Shown: positions 1 to 13,695 of the stretch, piece by piece
Layout: every line of letters starts with the position of its first letter
How positions within the stretch are numbered: position 1 is the stretch's first letter
NCBI GenBank assembly: GCA_963674745.2
Contig: CAXXDV010000001.1
Location: 256,001 to 320,000 of the forward strand
Direction of reading: 5' to 3'
Source: Desulfosudaceae bacterium
GTDB lineage: Bacteria; Desulfobacterota; Desulfobacteria; Desulfobacterales; Desulfosudaceae
Length of the DNA stretch: 64,000 nt
Translations under genes and position numbers: made by a program
The notes under the pieces: model-generated
Seen by the model: the letters and a program-made list of their open reading frames with translations, nothing else
What the model was told of the DNA's origin: nothing
Databases searched by the model: none

Positions 1-1084
1 TCGTTACATTATCCCCGGGCATTACCATCTCGACGCCTTCCGGAAGCGTCAGAATACCCGTTACATCCGTTGTCCGGAAATAAAACTGCGGACGGTACCC
101 GCTGAAAAACGGGGTGTGCCGACCGCCTTCTTCCTTGCTTAATATGTATACTTCCGCCTTGAACTTGGTGTGCGGTGTAATCGATTTGGGCTTGGCCGCA
201 ACCTGACCACGCTCGACCTCATCCCGCTTGGTTCCGCGCAGCAACAGCCCCACGTTGTCTCCGGCCCGGCCTTCGTCCAGAAGCTTGCGGAACATCTCCA
301 CGCCCGTGCACACCGTCTTGGCCGTATCACGGATACCCACCAGCTCAACCTCTTCACCGACCTTGATGATGCCGCGCTCGATACGACCGGTAACCACCGT
401 ACCACGTCCGGAAATACTGAACACGTCCTCGATGGGCATCAGGAAGGGCTTGTCGATATCACGCTCCGGCTCGGGAATATAAGAATCCAGGACTTCCAGC
501 AGCTCGAATATGCACTTGGCTTCATCGCTGTCCGGATCATCGCTCTCCAGCGCCTTCAACGCGCTGCCCCGGATAATCGGCGTGTCGTCACCGGGAAAAT
601 CATATTTGTCCAGAAGCTCCCGAAGTTCCAGCTCGACCAGCTCGATCAGTTCCTCGTCATCCACCATGTCGCATTTGTTCAAAAATACCACGATGCTCGG
701 AACACCAACCTGGCGGGCCAGGAGAATATGCTCACGCGTCTGCGGCATGGGACCGTCATCGGCACCGACCACCAGAATCGCGCCGTCCATCTGAGCGGCA
801 CCCGTAATCATGTTCTTGATATAGTCCGCGTGACCGGGGCAGTCCACGTGCGCGTAATGCCGTTTGGCTGTTTCATATTCAACATGCGCCGTCGCGATCG
901 TAATACCACGCTCACGTTCCTCGGGCGCCTTGTCGATCTGATCAAAGGCCACGTACTGCGCCAGGCCCTTCAAACCACTGTGCTTGGTAATGGCCGCCGT
1001 CAGCGTCGTTTTGCCATGGTCGATATGGCCAATCGTACCTACATTCACATGCGGCTTGGTCCGCTCAAATTTTGCTTTTGACAT
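1..1084 (-). CDS. tuf: Elongation factor Tu, copy 1 (3' end runs off the window)
   Basis: ATG at 1084 ([27 protein letters not shown]) with an AGGGGGA RBS; near-identical to 14598-15681. Confidence 0.98.
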   Translation of the reverse strand, partial: MSKAKFERTKPHVNVGTIGHIDHGKTTLTAAITKHSGLKGLAQYVAFDQIDKAPEERERGITIATAHVEYETAKRHYAHVDCPGHADYIKNMITGAAQMDGAILVVGADDGPMPQTREHILLARQVGVPSIVVFLNKCDMVDDEELIELVELELRELLDKYDFPGDDTPIIRGSALKALESDDPDSDEAKCIFELLEVLDSYIPEPERDIDKPFLMPIEDVFSISGRGTVVTGRIERGIIKVGEEVELVGIRDTAKTVCTGVEMFRKLLDEGRAGDNVGLLLRGTKRDEVERGQVAAKPKSITPHTKFKAEVYILSKEEGGRHTPFFSGYRPQFYFRTTDVTGILTLPEGVEMVMPGDNVT

Positions 1085-1143
1085 CTTTTCCCCCTTTTAA
1101 TAAGGAACAATCGATATTTATTAATATTCTTATTTTATTAAGT

Positions 1144-1617
<474 letters not shown>

Positions 1618-1686
1618 TCACACCATCATTGTCTGTTAAATAAAATGTCGCATCCTCTGCGACAATTAGTATTTTAATTTATTCAA

Positions 1687-2058
1687 TTATTTAGGCTTCT
1701 TGGCACCGTACTTGGACCGGCCCTGACGCCTGTCATCCACGCCCAGCGTATCTAACGTACCCCGGACGATATGATAACGGACACCCGGAAGGTCCTTTAC
1801 ACGACCGCCCCTGACAAGCACCACCGAGTGCTCCTGCAGGTTGTGCCCCACACCCGGGATATAGGCCGTGACTTCCGTACCCGTCGTCAACCGCACCCTG
1901 GCCACCTTACGCAACGCGGAGTTGGGTTTTTTGGGCGTTGAAGTATAAACTCTAACGCACACCCCTCTTTTCTGAGGAGACCCTTTCAAGGCCGGGGTAG
2001 TCGTCTTCTTACTGACTTTCTTTCTGCCTTTGCGAACCAACTGATTGATTGTCGGCAT
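1687..2058 (-). CDS. rpsL: 30S ribosomal protein S12
   Basis: [34 protein letters not shown]. Confidence 0.99.
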   Translation of the reverse strand: MPTINQLVRKGRKKVSKKTTTPALKGSPQKRGVCVRVYTSTPKKPNSALRKVARVRLTTGTEVTAYIPGVGHNLQEHSVVLVRGGRVKDLPGVRYHIVRGTLDTLGVDDRRQGRSKYGAKKPK

Positions 2059-2114
2059 ATTGTTTTCCTAAGTCTCGTGTTCAATTAATTTATATCAAGG
2101 TCTAAAATTTTTTT

Positions 2115-2143
2115 ATGTTATAGATCGCACTGCCTTCTGTCAA
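2115..2143 (-). promoter_or_regulatory. Sigma70-type promoter for rpsL-rpsG-tuf
   Basis: TTGACA-N17-TAACAT on the minus strand. Confidence 0.7.
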
Positions 2144-2201
2144 GATTTTTTATGATATAAAACATCTTTTTTTTATCGGCAACACCCGCCCGGCCATATT
2201 A

Positions 2202-5200
2202 TTATCGGGCAACTGCTTCATTGGCCTTCTTTTCCTTCTGATATTCCACGAATCCGGTTCCGGCCGGGATCAATCTGCCCATGACCAGGTTTTCCTTCAA
2301 GCCCCTTAAATTATCAACTTTTCCGGCGATACTGGCATCCGTCAGGACCTTAGTGGTTTCCTGGAATGAGGCCGCCGAGATGAAGCTGTCCGTCGCCAGG
2401 GAGGCCTTGGTAATACCGAGAATCAACGGTTCACCGACAGCCGGCCGACCGCCTTTTTCAACCGCCTCCCGGTTGGCTTCCTCGAATCTGATCTTATCCA
2501 CCTGTTCGTCGGTGATAAATTCCGTATCACCGGTTTGCTTGATTTTAATCCGGCGCATCATCTGGCGGACAATCACTTCGATGTGCTTGTCGTTGATCGA
2601 AACACCCTGCAACCGGTAAACCTCCTGGACTTCGTTCACCAGGTACCTTGCCAGTTCAACATCGCCCTTGATGCTCAGAACGTCCTGGGGATTGGCGGAT
2701 CCGGCCACGATCTCTTCGCCGGCTTTGATATAATCACCGTCATACAGGTTGATATGCTTGCCCCGGGGGATGAGATATTCTCTGGGCTCTCCGCCGTCAA
2801 TCGGTGTCACCGTCACCTTCTGCTTGCCCTTTTTCGTGGCTGCCCTGGCAATGGTGACATAACCGTTAATTTCGCTTAAGACCGCCGGTTCCTTGGGCTT
2901 CCGGACTTCGAAAAGCTCGGCCACACGCGGCAGACCACCGGTGATATCCTTGGTTTTGGTTGTCGACCGCGGCAGCTTGGCGATTACATCACCGGCCCGG
3001 ATTTCATCGTTCTCTTCAACCAGGATAACCGCGTCAACCGGCAGGGGATAACGGGAGAACCCTTTACCACCCGGCAAGGCCGCGGTTTTCCCATCTTTGT
3101 CCTTGATGGAAATTCTGGGTCGCACGTCATGGGCTTTACTGTCGACAATGGTACGGCTGGATTTTCCGGTTACCGGGTCAACCAGTTCCTGCATGGTTTT
3201 ACCGATAAGGATATCGCCGAACTTGACCACACCGCCGATTTCCGCGACAATCGGCGTCGTAAAAGGATCCCAGGTGGCCAGCAGGTCACCGGCTTTGATA
3301 CTTTCGCCTTCCTTGACGGTAACGGTAGCGCCGTAAATGACCGGACATTTTTCAACCTCTTTTCCGGACTTGCTCATAATGGTAAACTCACCGCCCCGGC
3401 GATCCATGACAACATTCTGGTTGTCAGCGTTCATAACCAGGTTGAGAGCGCCGAAACTGACGACGCCGTCCACGCGGGCCCTGATTTCGGCCTGGGCCAC
3501 CTTCCGGCTGGCCGCGCCGCCGATATGAAACGTCCGCATGGTCAGCTGGGTACCGGGCTCACCGATGGACTGGGCAGCCAGAATACCGACCGCCTGGCCC
3601 AGTTCGATCAGCTTGCCGTGGGCAAAATCCCGGCCATAACACTTGGCACAGATGCCTTTTCTGCTCTTACAGGTCAATACCGACCGGATCCTGATCTTGG
3701 TAATACCCGAATTCTGAATGGCATCCACGTGCTGCTCGGTGATTTCTTCACCCTGATGAACGATCAGTTCATCGGTAAAAGGATCGGAAATATCTTCCGT
3801 CGCGATACGGCCGAGGACCCGGTCAACCAGCCGCTCAATGACCTCGCCGCCTTCCACCAGGGACTCCACTTCAACCCCCATAATGGTGCCGCAGTCTTCT
3901 TCTTCAATCACGCAATCCTGGGCCACGTCCGCCAGTTTTCTGGTCAGATACCCGGAGTTGGCCGTTTTAAGCGCCGTATCCGCCAACCCTTTCCGTGCAC
4001 CGTGGGTCGAGATAAAATACTGCAGAACGCTCAGCCCCTCCCGGAAGTTGGCCGTAATCGGGGTTTCGATAATCTCGCCCGAAGGTTTGGCCATCAGCCC
4101 GCGCATACCCGCCAGCTGACGCATCTGGTCCTTACTGCCCCGGGCGCCGGAATCGGCCATGATGTAAATGGGGTTAAAACGGTTTTGTACACCTTCTTCT
4201 TCGGACGCCCGACCGGCATACCCGGATGTCTTCATGGCTTCCATCATCTCGTTGGCAATGTCATCGGTGGCTTTTGACCAGATATCAACCGCCTTGTTGT
4301 ATTTTTCACCGGCCGTAATCAGACCATCCCGGTACTGGGCGGCGATTTCATCGACTTTCGCTTCAGCTTCCCTGAGGATGGTCACCTTCTTTTCCGGAAC
4401 CACCATGGCGTCAATGGAAATGGAAAGCCCGCCGGCGGTTGAATATTTATAACCGACATCTTTGAGCCGGTCGGCAAAAATGACCGTGGCTTTTACACCG
4501 ATATTTCTGTAAGCGCAATCGACCAGCTCCCGGACCGCTTTTTTCCCCAGGGGCTTATTGACCAGCTCAAAAGGCACTTCGCTCCGCTGGCCTTCCATCA
4601 GGAACAACCGGTAACCGTGCCTGTCTTGTATCACGTCACTGCATTCACCCGGTTTGAGGGAGAACAGATACTCGGCATCGGTCTGGCTGATACCATAATT
4701 ATCTTCCAGAAGATACTGCCGCATGGACAGCTCCCTGACCTTGTCGCTGTCCTCGTGTTTTTCGGCCACCTCGTCAAAGGGCCGCCCTTTTTTGATTTCG
4801 GACAGTCCGGCATTGACATCTTTTTTCGTGGAAGCATGGAACGTACGGAAAACCGGGATATAATCCTGCGGGATAATTTCCCACAAAAACACCCGCCCCA
4901 CGGATGTGTCATAACGTTTACCATTAATACGAACCGTAATGGCCGCGTGCAGATCCACCTTGCCGGCGTCATAAGCCGCAATGACCTCTTCCGGGCCTGA
5001 AAAAATACCGCCCTGGCCCCTGGCACCTTCAAAAATAATCGTCATGTAATACAGGCCCAATACGATATCCTGGGTGGGGACGATAATCGGACTGCCGTTG
5101 GCCGGGGACAGAATATTATTGGATGACAGCATCAGCACCCGGGCTTCAATCTGCGCTTCGACCGAAAGCGGCACATGAACCGCCATCTGGTCACCGTCAA

Positions 5201-6581
5201 AATCGGCGTTAAAGGCCGTACATACCAACGGATGCAGCTGAATGGCCTTACCCTCGATTAAAACCGGTTCAAAGGCCTGGATACCCAGCCGGTGAAGTGT
5301 CGGCGCCCGGTTTAACATAACCGGATATTCTTTAACAACCTCTTCGAGGGTATCCCACACCTCGGGTGTTTCCCGCTCAACCATTTTCTTGGCGCTTTTG
5401 ACAGTCGAGACATAACCTTTCTGTTCCAACCGGTAATAAATAAACGGTTTGAACAACTCCAGGGCCATCTGCTTGGGCAGACCGCATTGATGGAGCCTCA
5501 GGTTGGGCCCGATGGTAATAACCGTACGACCGGAATAGTCGACACGTTTTCCCAGCAGGTTCTGACGGAAACGGCCCTGTTTACCCTTGAGGGTGTCGGT
5601 CAACGATTTCAACGGCCGTTTGTTGCTGCCGGTGACGGCCCTGCCATGGCGGCCGTTGTCAAACAGCACATCAACCGCTTCCTGCAGCATGCGTTTCTCA
5701 TTGCGCAGGATGATTTCCGGCGCCTTCAACTCGATCAGGCGTTTTAACCGGTTGTTGCGGTTGATCACCCGCCGGTAAAGGTCGTTCAGATCGGAAGTGG
5801 CAAACCGGCCGCCCTCCAGCGGGACCAGCGGTCTTAAGTCCGGCGGCAGCACCGGTATGACATCCATGATCATCCAGGCCGGTGATATTCTGCTTTTCCG
5901 GAAAGCGTCAACGATCTTCAACCGCTTGGACAGTTTTTTGCGCTTGGTCTCAACCGTGGTGGTCTCCAGGTCGGCCCGCAATTCCGCGCTCATGGCTTCA
6001 ATATCGCACCGGGAGAGCAGCTCACGAACCGCTTCGGCGCCCATGTCGGCCACAAAATTTGCGCCGTATTTTTCACGCGCTTCCTGGTACTCCTCTTCGG
6101 ACAGAATCTGCTGATAGCCCAGATCTGTCTCCTTGGGATCGGTCACGATATAGCTGTCGAAGTAAAGAACGCTTTCCAGCTCTTTCTGTGTCAGGTCCAG
6201 CACATTACCGATTTTCGTGGGCAGACTTTTCAAAAACCAGATATGAGAAACCGGTGTCGCCAGCTTGATATGCGCCATTCTTTCCCGCCGCACTTTTGAC
6301 TGAATCACTTCGACGCCGCATTTTTCACAAGTAACCCCACGGTGCTTCATGCGTTTGTATTTGCCGCAATTACACTCAAAATCCTTGATCGGACCGAATA
6401 TCTTGGCGCAGAACAACCCGTCCCGTTCCGGCCGGAAGGTCCTGTAATTAATCGTTTCAGGCTTGGTAATTTCCCCGAAAGACCAGTGCAGGATCTGTTC
6501 CGATGATGCCAGACCGATTTTGATACCTGAAAATGATTTGGGATTAACAGGTTTTGCAAAGAAATCGTATACCGTTTCCAA
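2202..6581 (-). CDS. rpoC: RNA polymerase beta' subunit, with a ~96-aa parvulin-like insertion
   Basis: NADFDGD catalytic motif, N-terminal Zn-binding Cys, QLTMRTFH trigger loop. Confidence 0.99.
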   Translation of the reverse strand: METVYDFFAKPVNPKSFSGIKIGLASSEQILHWSFGEITKPETINYRTFRPERDGLFCAKIFGPIKDFECNCGKYKRMKHRGVTCEKCGVEVIQSKVRRERMAHIKLATPVSHIWFLKSLPTKIGNVLDLTQKELESVLYFDSYIVTDPKETDLGYQQILSEEEYQEAREKYGANFVADMGAEAVRELLSRCDIEAMSAELRADLETTTVETKRKKLSKRLKIVDAFRKSRISPAWMIMDVIPVLPPDLRPLVPLEGGRFATSDLNDLYRRVINRNNRLKRLIELKAPEIILRNEKRMLQEAVDVLFDNGRHGRAVTGSNKRPLKSLTDTLKGKQGRFRQNLLGKRVDYSGRTVITIGPNLRLHQCGLPKQMALELFKPFIYYRLEQKGYVSTVKSAKKMVERETPEVWDTLEEVVKEYPVMLNRAPTLHRLGIQAFEPVLIEGKAIQLHPLVCTAFNADFDGDQMAVHVPLSVEAQIEARVLMLSSNNILSPANGSPIIVPTQDIVLGLYYMTIIFEGARGQGGIFSGPEEVIAAYDAGKVDLHAAITVRINGKRYDTSVGRVFLWEIIPQDYIPVFRTFHASTKKDVNAGLSEIKKGRPFDEVAEKHEDSDKVRELSMRQYLLEDNYGISQTDAEYLFSLKPGECSDVIQDRHGYRLFLMEGQRSEVPFELVNKPLGKKAVRELVDCAYRNIGVKATVIFADRLKDVGYKYSTAGGLSISIDAMVVPEKKVTILREAEAKVDEIAAQYRDGLITAGEKYNKAVDIWSKATDDIANEMMEAMKTSGYAGRASEEEGVQNRFNPIYIMADSGARGSKDQMRQLAGMRGLMAKPSGEIIETPITANFREGLSVLQYFISTHGARKGLADTALKTANSGYLTRKLADVAQDCVIEEEDCGTIMGVEVESLVEGGEVIERLVDRVLGRIATEDISDPFTDELIVHQGEEITEQHVDAIQNSGITKIRIRSVLTCKSRKGICAKCYGRDFAHGKLIELGQAVGILAAQSIGEPGTQLTMRTFHIGGAASRKVAQAEIRARVDGVVSFGALNLVMNADNQNVVMDRRGGEFTIMSKSGKEVEKCPVIYGATVTVKEGESIKAGDLLATWDPFTTPIVAEIGGVVKFGDILIGKTMQELVDPVTGKSSRTIVDSKAHDVRPRISIKDKDGKTAALPGGKGFSRYPLPVDAVILVEENDEIRAGDVIAKLPRSTTKTKDITGGLPRVAELFEVRKPKEPAVLSEINGYVTIARAATKKGKQKVTVTPIDGGEPREYLIPRGKHINLYDGDYIKAGEEIVAGSANPQDVLSIKGDVELARYLVNEVQEVYRLQGVSINDKHIEVIVRQMMRRIKIKQTGDTEFITDEQVDKIRFEEANREAVEKGGRPAVGEPLILGITKASLATDSFISAASFQETTKVLTDASIAGKVDNLRGLKENLVMGRLIPAGTGFVEYQKEKKANEAVAR

Positions 6582-6584
6582 GAG

Positions 6585-9500
6585 CTACTCCTTACTGTTT
6601 TTCTCAATTAATTTAACGTCCAGCCCCAGCCCTTTCATTTCTTTCATCAACACTTTGAAAGACTCGGGAAGACCGGGGTCAAGGACATTCTGCCCCTTGA
6701 CAATTTTTTCATACATACGGGTACGCCCCGCGATGTCGTCGGATTTAACGGTCAGAAACTCCTGCAGGCCGTAAGCCGCGCCATATGCCTCCATGGCCCA
6801 GACCTCCATTTCACCGAGCCGCTGCCCGCCGAACTGAGCTTTACCGCCCAGGGGTTGCTGGGTAACCAGGGAATAGGGCCCGATTGATCTGGCATGCAGT
6901 TTATCATCAACCAGATGATGCAGCTTGAGCATATACATGGTACCCACCGTAATTTCCTGGTCGAAAGGCTCTCCGCTTCTGCCGTCATACAGTAATGCCT
7001 GACCGGTTTCAGCGACACCACCCTCCTTGAGCAGCTCTTTAATTTCCGCTTCTTTGGCGCCGTCGAACACGGGTGTTTCCATATGCACGCCCAGCCGGTA
7101 CTGTTTCGCAAACTCACACAGATGCGGATCATCCATTTTGTCAATGGCAGAGGGAGAAATGTCTTTAGCGCTGAATATGGCTTTTATTTTTTTCTTTAAC
7201 GCCTTGTAATTCTGCTCGGCGAGCAATTGTTCAATCTGGTATCCCAGGGCCCGGGCAGCCCGTCCCAGATGGATCTCAAGAATCTGACCGACATTCATAC
7301 GGGAAGGAACACCCAGGGGGTTCAAGACCATATCGACCGGCGTGCCGTCCGCGAAGTAGGGCAGATCTTCCTGGGGAAGAATTCTGGAGACAACACCCTT
7401 GTTGCCGTGTCGGCCGGCCATTTTATCCCCGGTTGACAGGACCCGCTTCATGGCCACATAGACCTTGACCATCTTGAACACACCCGGCGGCAGTTCTTCG
7501 CCCACACCGTAACGGTTCACGGCGTTTTCATATTTTTCCCGGCAGGCCTCTTTCTGCTCCCGGCACCATTCAAAAATGGCATAGGCCTTTTCGGCCACCG
7601 TCTCGGATTCAAAAGCGATTTTCTCAAGTTGTGAAAACGTCAGGGACTGCAAAGCATCAAGGGACATTTTGTCACCTTTGTCAAGCAGTGTCTTTTTCCC
7701 TTTTTTGATGGGTGCGGCACATTTTGCGCCATTGGCCAGCTTTTCAAATTCAGAACGGGTGATTTCTTCAATAACCGATATCTCATCATCCCGGTTCCGC
7801 TTGAAAACGGCAATTTCCTCATCCTCAATGGTCCTGGTGCGATCGTCTTTTTCAACACCCCGGCGGGTAAACACCTTGGCGTCTATAACCGTGCCGTTTA
7901 CGCCCGGCGGCACACGCAACGAGGTGTCCTTGACGTTACCACCTTTTTCACCAAAGATGGCCCGCAACAGTTTTTCTTCCGGTGACAGCTGGGTTTCGCC
8001 CTTGGGGGTGATCTTGCCGACCAGGATATCGCCGGGTTTGACTTGCGCACCGGCGCGGATGATACCGCTTTCATCCAGGTCACTCAATCTTTCCTCGCCC
8101 ACGTTTGGAATATCGCAGGTAATTTCTTCCTTACCCAGCTTGATATCCCTGGCGACGACCTCGAATTCCTCAATGTGAATCGAGGTAAACACACCATCCC
8201 GGACCAGGGTTTCGCCGACCAGGATCGAATCCTCAAAGTTGTACCCGCCCCAGGGCATAAAGGCCACCGTGACATTTTTTCCCAGTGCCAGGTCGCCTTT
8301 TTCCGTAGCCGGGCCATCGGCAATGACATCACCGGCTTGAACCACCTGACCTTTTTTTACGATCGGCCGCTGGTTAAAACAGGTGTTCTGATTGGAACGG
8401 ATAAATTTTGACAAATTATAAATGGTGACCGGCCCGGAATCTTTTTTACTTCCTTCCACTTCATGCCGGACGACAATCCGTGAGGCGTCCACATCCGTTA
8501 CCAGCCCGCCCCGCTTGACGACAATGGCGGCCCCGGAGTCCCTGGCCACGATTTTCTCCATGCCGGTGCCGATCAGCGGCGCGCTGGGATTGGCCACCGG
8601 TACCGCCTGGCGCTGCATGTTCGACCCCATCAGCGCCCGGTTGGCGTCATCATGCTCCAGAAAAGGAATCAGAGAGGTGGAGACACTCACCAGCTGAATG
8701 GGCGACACATCCATCAATTCAATATCCTCGGCGTTGACCAGAGAGAACTCGCCATCCACCCGGGAGATAACAACCGGATTGACGTAATGACCTTTCTCGT
8801 CTACAGGCGCATTGGCCTGGGCAATCGGATGATGGCCCTCTTCAAAAGCGGAAAGGGTTCTAAGCTCTTTGGTCACCGTGGAATCCTCGACCACACGATA
8901 CGGCGTTTCTATGAATCCGTAGTTGTTTACCTTGGCGTAAGCGCTGAGCGAAACGATCAAACCGATGTTCGGTCCTTCCGGCGTTTCAATGGGGCAGATC
9001 CGGCCGTAATGAGAGGGATGCACGTCCCTGACTTCAAACCCGGCCCGTTCACGGGTCAGCCCACCCGGACCGAGGGCGCTCAACCGCCGTTTGTGAGTGG
9101 TTTCCGAAAGGGGATTGGTCTGATCGAGAAACTGGGACAGCTGGCTGGTTCCGAAAAACTCCCGGACAACCGCTGAAACCGGCTTGGGATTGACCAGGTC
9201 ATGGGGCATCAGCACATCCACTTCCTGGAGGCTCATGCGTTCCTTGATGGCCCGTTCCATACGGATAAGCCCGATGCGGTACTGGTTTTCAAGCAGCTCG
9301 CCGACGGCACGCACCCGCCTGTTGCCCAGATGGTCGATATCATCGACCTGGCCCTGGACATTTTTCAGATCGATCAGCGTCTTTACCGCCAGGAGCAGGT
9401 CTTCTTTTCTCAATGTCGGCAAATCCACCCGGGCGTCTATGCCCAGACGATGATTCAGCTTCAACCGACCGACCGAGGAAAGATCATAATAGTCCGGTTT

Positions 9501-10694
9501 AAAAAACAAGTGATCAACGAAATCCTGGGCCACTTCAGGGGTGGCCGGATTCCCGGGACGCAGACGTTTGTAAATGTCGATCAGGGCGTCCTCGCGGGTT
9601 TCCACCTTGTCCAGCAGCAGGGTTTTAATAATGGAATCGGTGTGAATCGTTTCGTCGACAAACAGAATTTCAAAGGTGTCAATACCCGCGTCACGCATGG
9701 TATCAATCAGTTCTTCGGTCACAAAGTCACCGGCGTCGGCTAACATTTCACCGCTTTCAGGCGCATAAACCGTAACGCCGCACACTTTGCCGACAACATC
9801 TTCAAGGTTAATGGGTATCATATCGATACCGGCGGATTTGATGGCCCGCATCACCCGTGTACTGAACACCCGCCCTTTATCAACAATAATATCACCGGTT
9901 TCCGGATTTTTCAGGCGGGTCGACGCGCGCTGGCCCCGCAGCGCCTCTTCATTAAGCTGCTTGAAGATTTTCCTGCCTTTCAGGAAAACCTGTTCATTGG
10001 TATAAAAATAGTCCAGGATATCCTTGCGGCTGTAGCCCAGCGCTTTGAACAGGATGGTGGCCGGAAATTTCCGCCGCCGATCGATGCGCAGATAAACCAC
10101 ATCCTTGGGGTCAATCTCCATGTCGATCCATGAGCCTCTAACCGGAATGATACGGGCGCTGTAAATCACCCGGCCGCTGGAATAGGTTTTTCCCTGGTCG
10201 TGGCTGAAGAAAATACCGGATGAACGGTGCAACTGGCTGACCACCGCCCGCTCAGTGCCATTGATAATAAACGTGCCGTTATCCGTCATCAGGGGTATCG
10301 CGCCGAAGTAAATCTCCTGCTCCTTGATGTCCCGGATACTGGACGTCCCGGTTTCCGCTTCGACGTCATAAACAACCAGCCTGGCCCTGATTCGCACCGG
10401 TACCTCGTAGGTCATCCCTCGCTGGACACACTCTGAAACAGAATGTTTGACGGCACCAAAAGAATAGGCCACAAATTCCAGGGAAGCGCTTTCTGTAAAA
10501 TCCTTGATCGGAAAAACAGAATTAAAAATCGCCTGCAAACCGATATTCTCGCGATCTTCCGGTAACTTATCCAGCTGCAGAAAACGACTGTAGGACTCCT
10601 TCTGCATACCGATAAGATCCGGGATCTCCGCAATTCTCTCAAGCTTGCCAAAATTTTTTCTAACGCGCTTGCCGATGATTGATTCGCCTGACAT
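6585..10694 (-). CDS. rpoB: RNA polymerase beta subunit
   Basis: [40 protein letters not shown]. Confidence 0.99.
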   Translation of the reverse strand: MSGESIIGKRVRKNFGKLERIAEIPDLIGMQKESYSRFLQLDKLPEDRENIGLQAIFNSVFPIKDFTESASLEFVAYSFGAVKHSVSECVQRGMTYEVPVRIRARLVVYDVEAETGTSSIRDIKEQEIYFGAIPLMTDNGTFIINGTERAVVSQLHRSSGIFFSHDQGKTYSSGRVIYSARIIPVRGSWIDMEIDPKDVVYLRIDRRRKFPATILFKALGYSRKDILDYFYTNEQVFLKGRKIFKQLNEEALRGQRASTRLKNPETGDIIVDKGRVFSTRVMRAIKSAGIDMIPINLEDVVGKVCGVTVYAPESGEMLADAGDFVTEELIDTMRDAGIDTFEILFVDETIHTDSIIKTLLLDKVETREDALIDIYKRLRPGNPATPEVAQDFVDHLFFKPDYYDLSSVGRLKLNHRLGIDARVDLPTLRKEDLLLAVKTLIDLKNVQGQVDDIDHLGNRRVRAVGELLENQYRIGLIRMERAIKERMSLQEVDVLMPHDLVNPKPVSAVVREFFGTSQLSQFLDQTNPLSETTHKRRLSALGPGGLTRERAGFEVRDVHPSHYGRICPIETPEGPNIGLIVSLSAYAKVNNYGFIETPYRVVEDSTVTKELRTLSAFEEGHHPIAQANAPVDEKGHYVNPVVISRVDGEFSLVNAEDIELMDVSPIQLVSVSTSLIPFLEHDDANRALMGSNMQRQAVPVANPSAPLIGTGMEKIVARDSGAAIVVKRGGLVTDVDASRIVVRHEVEGSKKDSGPVTIYNLSKFIRSNQNTCFNQRPIVKKGQVVQAGDVIADGPATEKGDLALGKNVTVAFMPWGGYNFEDSILVGETLVRDGVFTSIHIEEFEVVARDIKLGKEEITCDIPNVGEERLSDLDESGIIRAGAQVKPGDILVGKITPKGETQLSPEEKLLRAIFGEKGGNVKDTSLRVPPGVNGTVIDAKVFTRRGVEKDDRTRTIEDEEIAVFKRNRDDEISVIEEITRSEFEKLANGAKCAAPIKKGKKTLLDKGDKMSLDALQSLTFSQLEKIAFESETVAEKAYAIFEWCREQKEACREKYENAVNRYGVGEELPPGVFKMVKVYVAMKRVLSTGDKMAGRHGNKGVVSRILPQEDLPYFADGTPVDMVLNPLGVPSRMNVGQILEIHLGRAARALGYQIEQLLAEQNYKALKKKIKAIFSAKDISPSAIDKMDDPHLCEFAKQYRLGVHMETPVFDGAKEAEIKELLKEGGVAETGQALLYDGRSGEPFDQEITVGTMYMLKLHHLVDDKLHARSIGPYSLVTQQPLGGKAQFGGQRLGEMEVWAMEAYGAAYGLQEFLTVKSDDIAGRTRMYEKIVKGQNVLDPGLPESFKVLMKEMKGLGLDVKLIEKNSKE

Positions 10695-10784
10695 GGCATC
10701 TCCGATAATGTTGTTTTAAGAAACAAAAACGCCCTTCACCGAACGGTCGTTTTTGTACTTTTGCTGATATTTTTTCCAATCCCA

Positions 10785-10821
10785 AAAAAAGAAATTACCC
10801 CCGACTTGACAGACGGGGGAT
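10785..10821 (-). terminator. Probable intrinsic terminator/attenuator between rplL and rpoB
   Basis: Hairpin CCCCCG..CGGGGG followed by a U-rich tract on the minus strand. Confidence 0.6.
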
Positions 10822-10852
10822 TTCCTGAGCCTGAATCGTCAACCAGCGCGGT

Positions 10853-11236
10853 TTATTTCAGTTCAACCTGTGCGCCGGCGCCTTCCAGCTGTGCTTTTAC
10901 TTTTTCAGCTTCGTCTTTTGCGATTCCTTCTTTGACGGCTTTTGGTGCTTCTTCAACCAGGGCCTTGGCTTCCTTGAGCCCCAGCCCGGTAATGGCCCGT
11001 ACTTCCTTGATGACCTGAATCTTCTGGTCACCAACAACGGTCAGCACGACATCAAATTCTGTCTTTTCTTCGGCCGCACCGGCATCACCGGCGGCAGGCA
11101 TGGCGCCGACCATGGCCACCGGGGCCGCGGCAGAGACGCCGAATTTTTCTTCAAGTTCGGAAACAAGCTCGGAAAGTTCGAGCACCGACATGTTTGCAAT
11201 AAAATCAATTACATCTTGTTTGGTTACTTCAGCCAT
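10853..11236 (-). CDS. rplL: 50S ribosomal protein L7/L12
   Basis: [26 protein letters not shown]; start moved to the ATG after GGAGGA. Confidence 0.97.
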   Translation of the reverse strand: MAEVTKQDVIDFIANMSVLELSELVSELEEKFGVSAAAPVAMVGAMPAAGDAGAAEEKTEFDVVLTVVGDQKIQVIKEVRAITGLGLKEAKALVEEAPKAVKEGIAKDEAEKVKAQLEGAGAQVELK

Positions 11237-11273
11237 TGATAAATCCTCCACACAATATATCTATATTTTTTCG

Positions 11274-11798
11274 TTAAGCCGCTTCTTTTTTGTCTTTAAT
11301 CGCGGATAAAACATTCACCAACTGCCCGGGAACGGCATTCAATACCCTGACCAGGGCGGTCGGTACACCAATAAGCACGGAAAGCAACTGCGAGAGTAAC
11401 TCTTCGCGGGAAGGCAGTTTCGAAAGCGCCACGATATTCTCCGGGGTCAACAGACTGCCGTTCATCGCGCCGGCTTTGATTTCCATTTTATCATTGCCCT
11501 TGGCGAACTCGGCCAGAATCTTGGCAGGCGCCACGGGATCATCATAACTGAAAACAACCGCCGTCGGACCTTTGTAATAGTCACCGACAACAGCCGTATC
11601 CGTATTTTCCGAGGCTCTTCGAAGAACCGTGTTTTTGACGACCCGGTATTCGGCTCCCGCTTCCTTTAGCTTGCCGCGCAGTTCATTAACGGATTCAACT
11701 GTAATTCCTTTATAATCCGCGAGAATGACAATGACAGCCTGCTGCATTTTTTCGTGCAGTTCTTCAACCTGCGCTTTTTTTTGATCAAGAGTCAGCAA
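11274..11798 (-). CDS. rplJ: 50S ribosomal protein L10
   Basis: VVKNTVLRRA, LSKLPSREELL; probable TTG start downstream of AGGAGGTG. Confidence 0.95.
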   Translation of the reverse strand: MLTLDQKKAQVEELHEKMQQAVIVILADYKGITVESVNELRGKLKEAGAEYRVVKNTVLRRASENTDTAVVGDYYKGPTAVVFSYDDPVAPAKILAEFAKGNDKMEIKAGAMNGSLLTPENIVALSKLPSREELLSQLLSVLIGVPTALVRVLNAVPGQLVNVLSAIKDKKEAA

Positions 11799-11864
11799 AG
11801 TGAACAACACCTCCTTTCTTTTTGTACAAAAACCGGAGGCATCAACCCGAAGTTGTCATCAATG

Positions 11865-11945
11865 GGGTTTACTGTCTCGGCAGGCAGGTAATCATACCCA
11901 ATTAAGCATACACGAAATCTGCGCCCGCGGTCTTTGACAGAATTA
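11865..11945 (-). promoter_or_regulatory. L10 leader (ribosomal-protein autoregulatory RNA)
   Basis: GTCAAAGACCGCGGG...TTAAT...CCTGCCGAGAC upstream of rplJ resembles L10 leaders. Confidence 0.65.
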
Positions 11946-11973
11946 TTTAAAATTCTTTAACAGTCTAATATCG

Positions 11974-12678
11974 TTACAGGATCAATTCCTTGACCTGATT
12001 GGTATCCAGTTTAACACCCGGTCCCATGGTAGTGGAGATCGACAGGGCCTTCATATAGGTCCCTTTACTGGCGACCGGTTTTAAAGCGACAATCGTTTTC
12101 AAAAAAGCAGCCAGGTTGTCCTTTAACTTATCTACGCCAAAGGAGACTTTGCCGACCGTCGTATGAACAATCCCCCCCTTTTCGACGCGAAAATCAATTT
12201 TTCCGGCCTTCAACTCGTTGATCGCCCTGGCAAGATCAAAGGTAACCGTGCCGGTTTTCGCGTTCGGCATCAGCCCTCTGGGCCCGAGCAGCTTTCCGAT
12301 TTTCCCGACCGAGCCCATCATGTCAGGCGTCGCCACGGCCTTGTCAAAGTCAAACCAGCCGCCCTTGATGTCTTCAATCAGATCATCGTTGCCGACAAAC
12401 TCGGCGCCGGCATCCAGCGCTTCCTTTTCTTTTTCACCTTTGGCGAAAACAAGCACCCGGACTTCTTTACCGATTCCGTGGGGCAGAACAACCGATCCAC
12501 GCACCATCTGATCGGCATGCCGAGGGTCAACACCCAGGTTAATGGCCACGTCAAGGCTCTCATCAAAGCCGGCATAAACCGAATCAATGGCCAGTTGGAT
12601 ACCTTCAACAATGTCATATCTTTTGCCCGGCTCCGCCTTCCCGGCGGCCGCTACATACTTTTTTCCTCTTTTCGGCAT
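11974..12678 (-). CDS. rplA: 50S ribosomal protein L1
   Basis: [24 protein letters not shown]. Confidence 0.99.
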   Translation of the reverse strand: MPKRGKKYVAAAGKAEPGKRYDIVEGIQLAIDSVYAGFDESLDVAINLGVDPRHADQMVRGSVVLPHGIGKEVRVLVFAKGEKEKEALDAGAEFVGNDDLIEDIKGGWFDFDKAVATPDMMGSVGKIGKLLGPRGLMPNAKTGTVTFDLARAINELKAGKIDFRVEKGGIVHTTVGKVSFGVDKLKDNLAAFLKTIVALKPVASKGTYMKALSISTTMGPGVKLDTNQVKELIL

Positions 12679-12697
12679 TTTCTTTACCCTCTACTTT

Positions 12698-13120
12698 TTA
12701 GACAACATCTATACCCATGCTTCTGGCTGTACCCTTGATAATTCTGCAGGCGGCGTCAAGGTCAGTCGCATTCAGATCACACATCTTCACCTTGGCGATA
12801 TCTTCAACATCCTTCATTGTCACCTTGCCGACCTTCTCCTTGTTCGGCACCCCTGACCCCTTGGCGATCTTAGCGGCTTTTCTCAAAAGCACCGCCGCCG
12901 GAGGCGTTTTGGTAATAAATGAAAATGATTTATCCGCATAAATGGTAATCACAACCGGAATAATCATGCCTTCATCATCCGCCGTCCGGGAATTGAATGC
13001 TTTGCAAAAATCCATAATATTTACGCCATGCTGCCCCAGGGCCGGTCCGATAGGAGGCGAGGGATTGGCTTTGCCGGCCGTCACCTGCAGTTTCACTTGT
13101 CCGATAACTTTCTTTGCCAT
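12698..13120 (-). CDS. rplK: 50S ribosomal protein L11
   Basis: [20 protein letters not shown]. Confidence 0.99.
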   Translation of the reverse strand: MAKKVIGQVKLQVTAGKANPSPPIGPALGQHGVNIMDFCKAFNSRTADDEGMIIPVVITIYADKSFSFITKTPPAAVLLRKAAKIAKGSGVPNKEKVGKVTMKDVEDIAKVKMCDLNATDLDAACRIIKGTARSMGIDVV

Positions 13121-13138
13121 TGTTACACTCCAAAATAT

Positions 13139-13669
13139 CTAAATTTTCGTAGCCTGCATAAAGTCCAGTTCAACCGGCGTGGAGCGGCCGAAAATACTGA
13201 CCAGCACCCGCAGCTTTCCCTTTTCATGATTAACGTTTTCAACCACACCGTTAAACGTCGCAAAAGGGCCTTCCGTAACCCGCACTTCATCTCCGATTTC
13301 AAATGAGTATTTCGGCTGCGGTTTTTCTTTTCCGGCCTCTATACGCTTTAAAATATTGGCGGCGTCTTCTTCAGAAATCGGCGTCGGTTTTTTCTTGCCA
13401 CCCAAAAAACCGGTCACCTTGGCCGTATTGGCGACCACATGCCATGTCTCATTATCAAGCTCCATCTGTACCAGAAGGTAGCCTGGATAAAACTTACGTG
13501 AAGATTGTTTCTTTTTCCCCTTAACCAGTTCTACTACCTGTTCGGTCGGCAGGACGATACGTCCGAATTTCTCCGAACAGCCGGAAATCGTGATTCGTTC
13601 TTCCAGGGTTCGCCGGACCTTATCCTCGAACCCGGAATACACATGAACTACGTACCATTGTAAGGCCAC
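13139..13669 (-). CDS. nusG: Transcription elongation factor NusG
   Basis: WYVVHVYSGFE, KOW motif, VSIFGRSTPVEL. Confidence 0.99.
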   Translation of the reverse strand: MALQWYVVHVYSGFEDKVRRTLEERITISGCSEKFGRIVLPTEQVVELVKGKKKQSSRKFYPGYLLVQMELDNETWHVVANTAKVTGFLGGKKKPTPISEEDAANILKRIEAGKEKPQPKYSFEIGDEVRVTEGPFATFNGVVENVNHEKGKLRVLVSIFGRSTPVELDFMQATKI

Positions 13670-13695
13670 AATTTTGCCCCTTGTCCTTTATGCGC

